From NCBI RefSeq assembly GCF_009914755.1, contig NC_060930.1: a stretch of DNA of 64,000 bases. The stretch is one strand, 5' to 3'. The translations under genes were made by a program, and so were the position numbers. Source of the DNA: the human T2T-CHM13v2.0 reference genome, Homo sapiens. The notes below the pieces were generated by a model that was not told where the DNA came from, made no database searches, and was given only the letters and a program-made list of their open reading frames with translations. This document shows positions 53,003 to 64,000 of this stretch, piece after piece (position 1 is the first letter of the stretch; every line of letters starts with the position of its first letter).

Positions 53003-56000
53003 CAGAAAGTGCTTAGTGTCGTGTGCGTTCAACTCACAGAGTTTAACGTTTCTTTTGATAGAGCGTTTCTGAAACACCCTTCTTGTAGTAGCTGCAAGTG
53101 GATATTTGGACCTATTGGAGGCCTTCTTTGGAAACGGGATTTCTTCATGTAACTCTAGATTGAAGAATTCTCAGAAACTCCTTTGTGATGTGTGCATTCA
53201 ATTCAAAGAGTGAAACCTCTCTTTTCACAGAGCAGTTTTGAAACACTGTTTTTGTAGGATTTCCAAGGGGATATTTATAGCGCATTGAGCCTACGGCGGA
53301 AAAAGAAACATCTTCCTATAAAAACTAGACAGAATACTTCTCAGAATCTGCTTTGCGATGTGTGCGTTCAACTCACAGAGTAAAACTTTTCTTTTGATAG
53401 AGCAGTTTTGAAACACTCTTTTTGTAGTATTTGCATGTGTATATTTAGAGCGCATTGAAGCCCACAGTAGAAAAGGAAATAACTTCACCTAAAACCTAGA
53501 CAGAAGCAATCTCAGAAACTACTTTGTGATGTGTACATTCAACTCACAGAGTGGAACTTTCCTCTTTATAGAGCAGTGTTGAAACACTCTTTTTGTAGAA
53601 ACTGCAAGTGGATATTTGGACCTCTTTGAGGCCTTCGTTGGAAACGGGATTTCTTCCTATAACCCTAGACAGAAGAATTTTCAGAAACCTCATTGTGATG
53701 TGTGCGTTCATCTCACAGAGTGGAGTCTTCCGTTTGATAGAGAAGTTTTGAAACCCTGTTCTTGTAGGATTTCCAAGTGGATATTTAGACCACTTTGAAG
53801 CCTATGATAGAAAAGGAAACATCTTCATGGAAAACATAGATAGAATCATCCTCAGAAACAACTTTGTGATGTGTGCGTTGAACTCACCGTCTTTAACCTT
53901 TCTTTTGGTAGAGAAGTTTTGAAACACTCTCTTTGTAAAGTCTACAAGTGGATATTTTGAGCCCTTGGAGGCATTCTTTGGAAAAGGGAATGTCTTCACA
54001 TAAAAGGCAGACGGAAGTGTTCTCAGAAACTGCTTTGTGATGTCTGTGTTCAACTCACAGAGTTTAACATTTCCTTTGATAGAGCGGTTTAGTAACCCTC
54101 TCTTTGTAGAATTTGGAAGTGTATACTAAGAGCGCTTTGAGGCCTATGGTAGAAAAGGAAATATCTTTCCATAAAAGCTAGACAGAAGCAATCTCAGAAA
54201 CTCCTCTGTGATGTCTGCATTCAACTCACCGAGTGGAACATTCCTCTTGATAGAGCAGTTTGGAAACACTCTTTCTGTAGAATCAGCTTGTTTGTATTTG
54301 GACCTCCTTGAGGCCTTCGTTGGAAACGGGTTTTCATCTTATAAACCCAGACAGAAGAATTCTCAGAGTCTTCTTTGTGATGTGTGCTTTCAACTCACCG
54401 AGATAAAGATTTCTCTTGATAGAGCAATTTGGAAACACTCTTTTTGTAGAATTTGCAAGGGTACATTGAGAGCGCTTTCAGGCCTATGGTAGAAAAGGGA
54501 ATATCTTTCCATAAAAGGTAGACAGAAGCAATCTCAGAAACTACTTTGTGATGTGTGCATTCAACTCACCGAGTGCAACGTTCCTCTTGACCGAGCAGTT
54601 TGGAAACATTGTTTCTGTAGAATCTGCAAGTGGATATTTGGACCTCTTTGAGGCCTTCGTTGGAAACGGGATTTCTTCCTATAAACCCAGACAGAAGAAT
54701 TCTCAGAGACTTCTTTGTGATGTGTGAATTCAACTCACAGTGTGGATCCTTCCTTTTGATAGAGCAGTTTTGAAACCCTGTTTTTGTAGTATTTCCAAGC
54801 GGATATTCGGAACGCCTTGAAGCGTATGGTAGAAAAGGAAATATCTTCCCATAAAACCTAGACAGAACCAATCTCAGAAACGACTTTGTGATGTCTGCAT
54901 TCAAGTCACAGAGTTGAACATTTCTCTTGATAGAGCAGTTTTGAAACCCTCTTTCTGAAGGATCTGCAAGTGGATATTTGGAACTCCTTTGGGTCTTCGT
55001 TGGAAACGGGATTTCTTCGTATAAATCTAGACAGAAGAATTCTCCGAAACTTCTTTGGTTGTGTGCATTCAAGTCACAGAGTGGAACCTTCCTTTGGATA
55101 GAGCAGTTTGAAACGCCGTGGTTGTAGTATTTCCAAGCGGATATTAGAGCGCCTTGAGGCCTATGGTAGAAAAGGAAATATCTTCCCATAAAACCTAGAC
55201 GGAAGCAATCTCAGAAACTACTGTGTGATGGCTGCATTCCACACACACGGTGGAACATTTCTCTTGATAGAGCAGTTTTGAAACACTCTTTCTGTAGAAT
55301 CTGCAAGTGGATAATTGGACCGCCTTGAGGCCTTCGTTGGAAACGGGATTTCTTCATGTTACTCTAGATAGAAGAATTCTCAAACACTGCTATGTGATGT
55401 TTGCATTCAAGTCACAGAGTGCAACATTCCTCTTGGTAGAGCAGTTGGGAAACACTCCTTTTGTAGAATCTGCAATGGGATATTTGGACTTCTTTGAGGC
55501 CTTCGTTGGAAACGGGATTTCTTCGTATGAATCTAGACAGAAGAATTCTCAGAAACTTCCTTGTGATGTGTGCATTCAACTCAGCGAGTGGCACCTTCCT
55601 TTGGATACAGCAGTTTTGAAACACTGTTTTTGTAGTATTTCCAAGCGGATATTTAGAGCGCCTTGAAGCCTATGCTAGAAATGGAAATATCTCCCCATAA
55701 AACCAAGACGGAAGCAATCTCAGAAACTAATGTGTGATGGCTGCATTCCACACACACGGTGGACCATTTCTCTTGATAGAGCAGTTTTGAAACACTCTTT
55801 CTGTAGAATCTGCAAGTGGATAATTGGACCTCCGAGAGGCCGTCGTTGGAAACGGGATTTCTTCATCTAAACCTACAGAGAAGTATTCTCAGTAACTTCT
55901 TCGGATGTGTGCATTCGACGCACAGAATGGAACATTCCCTTTGATAGAGCAGTTTTGAGACACCGTTTTTGTAGAATTCCCAAGTGGATATTTAGAGCAC

Positions 56001-59000
56001 TTTGAAGTCTCTGCTAGAAAAGGAAACATCATCATGTAAAAAGTAGATAGAATCGTTCTCAGAAAGTGCTTAGTGTCGTGTGCGTTCAACTCACAGAGTT
56101 TAACGTTTCTTTTGATAGAGCGTTTCTGAAACACCCTTCTTGTAGTAGCTGCAAGTGGATATTTGGACCTATTGGAGGCCTTCTTTGGAAACGGGATTTC
56201 TTCATGTAACTCTAGATTGAAGAATTCTCAGAAACTCCTTTGTGATGTGTGCATTCAATTCAAAGAGTGAAACCTCTCTTTTCACAGAGCAGTTTTGAAA
56301 CACTGTTTTTGTAGGATTTCCAAGGGGATATTTATAGCGCATTGAGCCTACGGCGGAAAAAGAAACATCTTCCTATAAAAACTAGACAGAATACTTCTCA
56401 GAATCTGCTTTGCGATGTGTGCGTTCAACTCACAGAGTAAAACTTTTCTTTTGATAGAGCAGTTTTGAAACACTCTTTTTGTAGTATTTGCATGTGTATA
56501 TTTAGAGCGCATTGAAGCCCACAGTAGAAAAGGAAATAACTTCACCTAAAACCTAGACAGAAGCAATCTCAGAAACTACTTTGTGATGTGTACATTCAAC
56601 TCACAGAGTGGAACTTTCCTCTTTATAGAGCAGTGTTGAAACACTCTTTTTGTAGAAACTGCAAGTGGATATTTGGACCTCTTTGAGGCCTTCGTTGGAA
56701 ACGGGATTTCTTCCTATAACCCTAGACAGAAGAATTTTCAGAAACCTCATTGTGATGTGTGCGTTCATCTCACAGAGTGGAGTCTTCCGTTTGATAGAGA
56801 AGTTTTGAAACCCTGTTCTTGTAGGATTTCCAAGTGGATATTTAGACCACTTTGAAGCCTATGATAGAAAAGGAAACATCTTCATGGAAAACATAGATAG
56901 AATCATCCTCAGAAACAACTTTGTGATGTGTGCGTTGAACTCACCGTCTTTAACCTTTCTTTTGGTAGAGAAGTTTTGAAACACTCTCTTTGTAAAGTCT
57001 ACAAGTGGATATTTTGAGCCCTTGGAGGCATTCTTTGGAAAAGGGAATGTCTTCACATAAAAGGCAGACGGAAGTGTTCTCAGAAACTGCTTTGTGATGT
57101 CTGTGTTCAACTCACAGAGTTTAACATTTCCTTTGATAGAGCGGTTTAGTAACCCTCTCTTTGTAGAATTTGGAAGTGTATACTAAGAGCGCTTTGAGGC
57201 CTATGGTAGAAAAGGAAATATCTTTCCATAAAAGCTAGACAGAAGCAATCTCAGAAACTCCTCTGTGATGTCTGCATTCAACTCACCGAGTGGAACATTC
57301 CTCTTGATAGAGCAGTTTGGAAACACTCTTTCTGTAGAATCAGCTTGTTTGTATTTGGACCTCCTTGAGGCCTTCGTTGGAAACGGGTTTTCATCTTATA
57401 AACCCAGACAGAAGAATTCTCAGAGTCTTCTTTGTGATGTGTGCTTTCAACTCACCGAGATAAAGATTTCTCTTGATAGAGCAATTTGGAAACACTCTTT
57501 TTGTAGAATTTGCAAGGGTACATTGAGAGCGCTTTCAGGCCTATGGTAGAAAAGGGAATATCTTTCCATAAAAGGTAGACAGAAGCAATCTCAGAAACTA
57601 CTTTGTGATGTGTGCATTCAACTCACCGAGTGCAACGTTCCTCTTGACCGAGCAGTTTGGAAACATTGTTTCTGTAGAATCTGCAAGTGGATATTTGGAC
57701 CTCTTTGAGGCCTTCGTTGGAAACGGGATTTCTTCCTATAAACCCAGACAGAAGAATTCTCAGAGACTTCTTTGTGATGTGTGAATTCAACTCACAGTGT
57801 GGATCCTTCCTTTTGATAGAGCAGTTTTGAAACCCTGTTTTTGTAGTATTTCCAAGCGGATATTCGGAACGCCTTGAAGCGTATGGTAGAAAAGGAAATA
57901 TCTTCCCATAAAACCTAGACAGAACCAATCTCAGAAACGACTTTGTGATGTCTGCATTCAAGTCACAGAGTTGAACATTTCTCTTGATAGAGCAGTTTTG
58001 AAACCCTCTTTCTGAAGGATCTGCAAGTGGATATTTGGAACTCCTTTGGGTCTTCGTTGGAAACGGGATTTCTTCGTATAAATCTAGACAGAAGAATTCT
58101 CCGAAACTTCTTTGGTTGTGTGCATTCAAGTCACAGAGTGGAACCTTCCTTTGGATAGAGCAGTTTGAAACGCCGTGGTTGTAGTATTTCCAAGCGGATA
58201 TTAGAGCGCCTTGAGGCCTATGGTAGAAAAGGAAATATCTTCCCATAAAACCTAGACGGAAGCAATCTCAGAAACTACTGTGTGATGGCTGCATTCCACA
58301 CACACGGTGGAACATTTCTCTTGATAGAGCAGTTTTGAAACACTCTTTCTGTAGAATCTGCAAGTGGATAATTGGACCGCCTTGAGGCCTTCGTTGGAAA
58401 CGGGATTTCTTCATGTTACTCTAGATAGAAGAATTCTCAAACACTGCTATGTGATGTTTGCATTCAAGTCACAGAGTGCAACATTCCTCTTGGTAGAGCA
58501 GTTGGGAAACACTCCTTTTGTAGAATCTGCAATGGGATATTTGGACTTCTTTGAGGCCTTCGTTGGAAACGGGATTTCTTCGTATGAATCTAGACAGAAG
58601 AATTCTCAGAAACTTCCTTGTGATGTGTGCATTCAACTCAGCGAGTGGCACCTTCCTTTGGATACAGCAGTTTTGAAACACTGTTTTTGTAGTATTTCCA
58701 AGCGGATATTTAGAGCGCCTTGAAGCCTATGCTAGAAATGGAAATATCTCCCCATAAAACCAAGACAGAAGCAATCTCAGAAACTAATGTGTGATGGCTG
58801 CATTCCACACACACGGTGGACCATTTCTCTTGATAGAGCAGTTTTGAAACACTCTTTCTGTAGAATCTGCAAGTGGATAATTGGACCTCCTAGAGGCCTT
58901 CGTTGGAAACGGGATTTCTTCATCTAAACCTACAGAGAAGAATTCTCAGTAACTTCTTCGGATGTGTGCATTCGACGCACAGAATGGAACATTCCCTTTG

Positions 59001-62000
59001 ATAGAGCAGTTTTGAGACACCGTTTTTGTAGAATTCCCAAGTGGATATTTAGAGCACTTTGAAGTCTCTGCTAGAAAAGGAAACATCTTCATGTAAAAAG
59101 TAGATAGAATCGTTCTCAGAAAGTGCTTAGTGTCGTGTGCGTTCAACTCACAGAGTTTAACGTTTCTTTTGATAGAGCGTTTCTGAAACACCCTTCTTGT
59201 AGTAGCTGCAAGTGGATATTTGGACCTATTGGAGGCCTTCTTTGGAAATGGGATTTCTTCATGTAACTCTAGATTGAAGAGTTCTCAGAAACTCCTTTGT
59301 GATGTGTGCATTCAATTCAAAGAGTGAAACCTCCCTTTTCACAGAGCAGTTTTGAAACACTGTTTTTGTAGGATTTCCAAGGGGATATTTATAGCGCATT
59401 GAGCCTACGGCGGAAAAAGAAACATCTTCCTATAAAAACTAGACAGAATACTTCTCAGAATCTGCTTTGCGATGTGTGCGTTCAACTCACAGAGTAAAAC
59501 TTTTCTTTTGATAGAGCAGTTTTGAAACACTCTTTTTGTAGTATTTGCATGTGTATATTTAGAGCGCATTGAAGCCCACAGTAGAAAAGGAAATAACTTC
59601 ACCTAAAACCTAGACAGAAGCAATCTCAGAAACTACTTTGTGATGTGTACATTCAACTCACAGAGTGGAACTTTCCTCTTTATAGAGCAGTGTTGAAACA
59701 CTCTTTTTGTAGAAACTGCAAGTGGATATTTGGACCTCTTTGAGGCCTTCGTTGGAAACGGGATTTCTTCCTATAACCCTAGACAGAAGAATTTTCAGAA
59801 ACCTCATTGTGATGTGTGCGTTCATCTCACAGAGTGGAGTCTTCCGTTTGATAGAGAAGTTTTGAAACCCTGTTCTTGTAGGATTTCCAAGTGGATATTT
59901 AGACCACTTTGAAGCCTATGATAGAAAAGGAAACATCTTCATGGAAAACATAGATAGAATCATCCTCAGAAACAACTTTGTGATGTGTGCGTTGAACTCA
60001 CCGTCTTTAACCTTTCTTTTGGTAGAGAAGTTTTGAAACACTCTCTTTGTAAAGTCTACAAGTGGATATTTTGAGCCCTTGGAGGCATTCTTTGGAAAAG
60101 GGAATGTCTTCACATAAAAGGCAGACGGAAGTGTTCTCAGAAACTGCTTTGTGATGTCTGTGTTCAACTCACAGAGTTTAACATTTCCTTTGATAGAGCG
60201 GTTTAGTAACCCTCTCTTTGTAGAATTTGGAAGTGTATACTAAGAGCGCTTTGAGGCCTATGGTAGAAAAGGAAATATCTTTCCATAAAAGCTAGACAGA
60301 AGCAATCTCAGAAACTCCTCTGCGATGTCTGCATTCAACTCACCGAGTGGAACATTCCTCTTGAGAGAGCAGTTTGGAAACACTCTTTCTGTAGAATCAG
60401 CTTGTTTGTATTTGGACCTCCTTGAGGCCTTCGTTGGAAACGGGTTTTCATCTTATAAACCCAGACAGAAGAATTCTCAGAGTCTTCTTTGTGATGTGTG
60501 CTTTCAACTCACCGAGATAAAGATTTCTCTTGATAGAGCAATTTGGAAACACTCTTTTTGTAGAATTTGCAAGGGTACATTGAGAGCGCTTTCAGGCCTA
60601 TGGTAGAAAAGGGAATATCTTTCCATAAAAGGTAGACAGAAGCAATCTCAGAAACTACTTTGTGATGTGTGCATTCAACTCACCGAGTGCAACGTTCCTC
60701 TTGACCGAGCAGTTTGGAAACATTGTTTCTGTAGAATCTGCAAGTGGATATTTGGACCTCTTTGAGGCCTTCGTTGGAAACGGGATTTCTTCCTATAAAC
60801 CCAGACAGAAGAATTCTCAGAGACTTCTTTGTGATGTGTGAATTCAACTCACAGTGTGGATCCTTCCTTTTGATAGAGCAGTTTTGAAACCCTGTTTTTG
60901 TAGTATTTCCAAGCGGATATTTGGAACGCCTTGAAGCGTATGGTAGAAAAGGAAATATCTTCCCATAAAACCTAGACAGAACCAATCTCAGAAACGACTT
61001 TGTGATGTCTGCATTCAAGTCACAGAGTTGAACATTTCTCTTGATAGAGCAGTTTTGAAACCCTCTTTCTGAAGGATCTGCAAGTGGATATTTGGAACTC
61101 CTTTGGGTCTTCGTTGGAAACGGGATTTCTTCGTATAAATCTAGACAGAAGAATTCTCCGAAACTTCTTTGGTTGTGTGCATTCAAGTCACAGAGTGGAA
61201 CCTTCCTTTGGATAGAGCAGTTTGAAACGCCGTGGTTGTAGTATTTCCAAGCGGATATTAGAGCGCCTTGAGGCCTATGGTAGAAAAGGAAATATCTTCC
61301 CATAAAACCTAGACGGAAGCAATCTCAGAAACTACTGTGTGATGGCTGCATTCCACACACACGGTGGAACATTTCTCTTGATAGAGCAGTTTTGAAACAC
61401 TCTTTCTGTAGAATCTGCAAGTGGATAATTGGACCGCCTTGAGGCCTTCGTTGGAAACGGGATTTCTTCATGTTACTCTAGATAGAAGAATTCTCAAACA
61501 CTGCTATGTGATGTTTGCATTCAAGTCACAGAGTGCAACATTCCTCTTGGTAGAGCAGTTGGGAAACACTCCTTTTGTAGAATCTGCAATGGGATATTTG
61601 GACTTCTTTGAGGCCTTCGTTGGAAATGGGATTTCTTCGTATGAATCTAGACAGAAGAATTCTCAGAAACTTCCTTGTGATGTGTGCATTCAACTCAGCG
61701 AGTGGCACCTTCCTTTGGATACAGCAGTTTTGAAACACTGTTTTTGTAGTATTTCCAAGCGGATATTTAGAGCGCCTTGAAGCCTATGCTAGAAATGGAA
61801 ATATCTCCCCATAAAACCAAGACGGAAGCAATCTCAGAAACTAATGTGTGATGGCTGCATTCCACACACACGGTGGACCATTTCTCTTGATAGAGCAGTT
61901 TTGAAACACTCTTTCTGTAGAATCTGCAAGTGGATAATTGGACCTCCTAGAGGCCTTCGTTGGAAACGGGATTTCTTCATCTAAACCTACAGAGAAGAAT

Positions 62001-62173
62001 TCTCAGTAACTTCTTCGGATGTGTGCATTCGACGCACAGAATGGAACATTCCCTTTGATAGAGCAGTTTTGAGACACCGTTTTTGTAGAATTCCCAAGTG
62101 GATATTTAGAGCACTTTGAAGTCTCTGCTAGAAAAGGAAACATCTTCATGTAAAAAGTAGATAGAATCGTTCT
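53003..62173 (+). repeat. Three 18-mer HORs (U19-U21; starts 53003, 56060, 59117) with mosaic SNP haplotypes
   Basis: Marker spacing 3057, with mixed diagnostic alleles (see findings). Confidence 0.96.
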
Positions 62174-64000
62174 CAGAAAGTGCTTAGTGACGTGTGCGTT
62201 CAACTCACAGAGTTTAACGTTTCTTTTGATAGAGCGTTTCTGAAACACCCTTCTTGTAGTAGCTGCAAGTGGATATTTGGACCTATTGGAGGCCTTCTTT
62301 GGAAATGGGATTTCTTCATGTAACTCTAGATTGAAGAGTTCTCAGAAACTCCTTTGTGATGTGTGCATTCAATTCAAAGAGTGAAACCTCCCTTTTCACA
62401 GAGCAGTTTTGAAACACTGTTTTTGTAGGATTTCCAAGGGGATATTTATAGCGCATTGAGCCTACGGCGGAAAAAGAAACATCTTCCTATAAAAACTAGA
62501 CAGAATACTTCTCAGAATCTGCTTTGCGATGTGTGCGTTCAACTCACAGAGTAAAACCTTTCTTTTGATAGAGCAGTTTTGAAACACTCTTTTTGTAGTA
62601 TTTGCATGTGTATATTTAGAGCGCATTGAAGCCCACAGTAGAAAAGGAAATAACTTCACCTAAAACCTAGACAGAAGCAATCTCAGAAACTACTTTGTGA
62701 TGTGTACATTCAACTCACAGAGTGGAACTTTCCTCTTTATAGAGCAGTGTTGAAACACTCTTTTTGTAGAAACTGCAAGTGGATATTTGGACCTCTTTGA
62801 GGCCTTCGTTGGAAACGGGATTTCTTCCTATAACCCTAGACAGAAGAATTTTCAGAAACCTCATTGTGATGTGTGCGTTCATCTCACAGAGTGGAGTCTT
62901 CCGTTTGATAGAGAAGTTTTGAAACCCTGTTCTTGTAGGATTTCCAAGTGGATATTTAGACCACTTTGAAGCCTATGATAGAAAAGGAAACATCTTCATG
63001 GAAAACATAGATAGAATCATCCTCAGAAACAACTTTGTGATGTGTGCGTTGAACTCACCGTCTTTAACCTTTCTTTTGGTAGAGAAGTTTTGAAACACTC
63101 TCTTTGTAAAGTCTACAAGTGGATATTTTGAGCCCTTGGAGGCATTCTTTGGAAAAGGGAATGTCTTCACATAAAAGGCAGACGGAAGTGTTCTCAGAAA
63201 CTGCTTTGTGATGTCTGTGTTCAACTCACAGAGTTTAACATTTCCTTTGATAGAGCGGTTTAGTAACCCTCTCTTTGTAGAATTTGGAAGTGTATACTAA
63301 GAGCGCTTTGAGGCCTATGGTAGAAAAGGAAATATCTTTCCATAAAAGCTAGACAGAAGCAATCTCAGAAACTCCTTTGTGATGTCTGCATTCAACTCAC
63401 CGAGTGGAACATTCCTCTTGATAGAGCAGTTTGGAAACACTCTTTCTGTAGAATCAGCTTGTTTGTATTTGGACCTCCTTGAGGCCTTCGTTGGAAACGG
63501 GTTTTCATCTTATAAACCCAGACAGAAGAATTCTCAGAGTCTTCTTTGTGATGTGTGCTTTCAACTCACCGAGATAAAGATTTCTCTTGATAGAGCAATT
63601 TGGAAACACTCTTTTTGTAGAATTTGCAAGGGTACATTGAGAGCGCTTTCAGGCCTATGGTAGAAAAGGGAATATCTTTCCATAAAAGGTAGACAGAAGC
63701 AATCTCAGAAACTACTTTGTGATGTGTGCATTCAACTCACCGAGTGCAACGTTCCTCTTGACCGAGCAGTTTGGAAACATTGTTTCTGTAGAATCTGCAA
63801 GTGGATATTTGGACCTCTTTGAGGCCTTCGTTGGAAACGGGATTTCTTCCTATAAACCCAGACAGAAGAATTCTCAGAGACTTCTTTGTGATGTGTGAAT
63901 TCAACTCACAGTGTGGATCCTTCCTTTTGATAGAGCAGTTTTGAAACCCTGTTTTTGTAGTATTTCCAAGCGGATATTTGGAACGCCTTGAAGCGTATGG
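62174..64000 (+). repeat. Partial HOR (U22), truncated by the window end
   Basis: Matches unit positions 1-1827. It ends before the 15/18-mer breakpoint, so its type cannot be determined. Confidence 0.96.

Larger units (their letters stand above)
1..64000 (+). repeat. D6Z1: Alpha-satellite higher-order repeat array (18-mer, 3057 bp period), most likely the human chr6 active centromeric array D6Z1
   Basis: Seen: ~170 bp monomers with alphoid consensus blocks (ctcagaaact..tttgtgatgtgtgcattcaactcacagag; gatagagcagttttgaaacactc; tgcaagtggatatttg), and the ORF track repeats every 3057 bp (289, 3346, 6403...). There is one BamHI site per unit (ggatcc at 1742-1747). Recalled knowledge: D6Z1 is an ~3 kb BamHI 18-mer of suprachromosomal family 1. 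Alpha-satellite identity is essentially certain; the chromosome assignment is recalled, not searched. Confidence 0.93.

Noticed and set aside
1-64000. Embedded transposon (L1/Alu), inversion or non-satellite insert
   Set aside because: Every unit length is accounted for by 3057, 3056, 2551 or 2552 bp spacing with constant strand orientation, leaving no room for an insertion or inversion.

Overview
The whole 64 kb window is one uninterrupted, single-orientation array of primate centromeric alpha-satellite DNA (~170 bp monomers). It is organised as a highly homogeneous higher-order repeat (HOR). The canonical unit is 3057 bp, or 18 monomers, with one BamHI site, 7 intact CENP-B boxes and a largely alternating A/B (dimeric, SF1-like) monomer pattern. 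This matches my recollection of the human chromosome 6 active array D6Z1 (~3 kb BamHI 18-mer); the assignment is from memory, not a database search. The window holds 21 complete HORs and one partial one. Seventeen are 18-mers, and four are 15-mers (2551-2552 bp) sharing the same 506 bp deletion. No real protein-coding genes, RNA genes, transposons or CRISPR arrays are visible, and all listed ORFs are artefacts of the repeat. I found no new gene system. The interesting signal is structural: an apparent ~26.5 kb macro-repeat [(18-mer)x6, 15, 18, 15] present twice, a SNP haplotype linked to the 15-mer that is out of phase with my unit numbering, an internal trimer-scale duplication that explains the deletion breakpoint, recombinant HOR copies in the last ~17 kb, and three copy-specific CENP-B box mutations. 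Units are numbered U1-U22, with position 1 of the window as the arbitrary phase.
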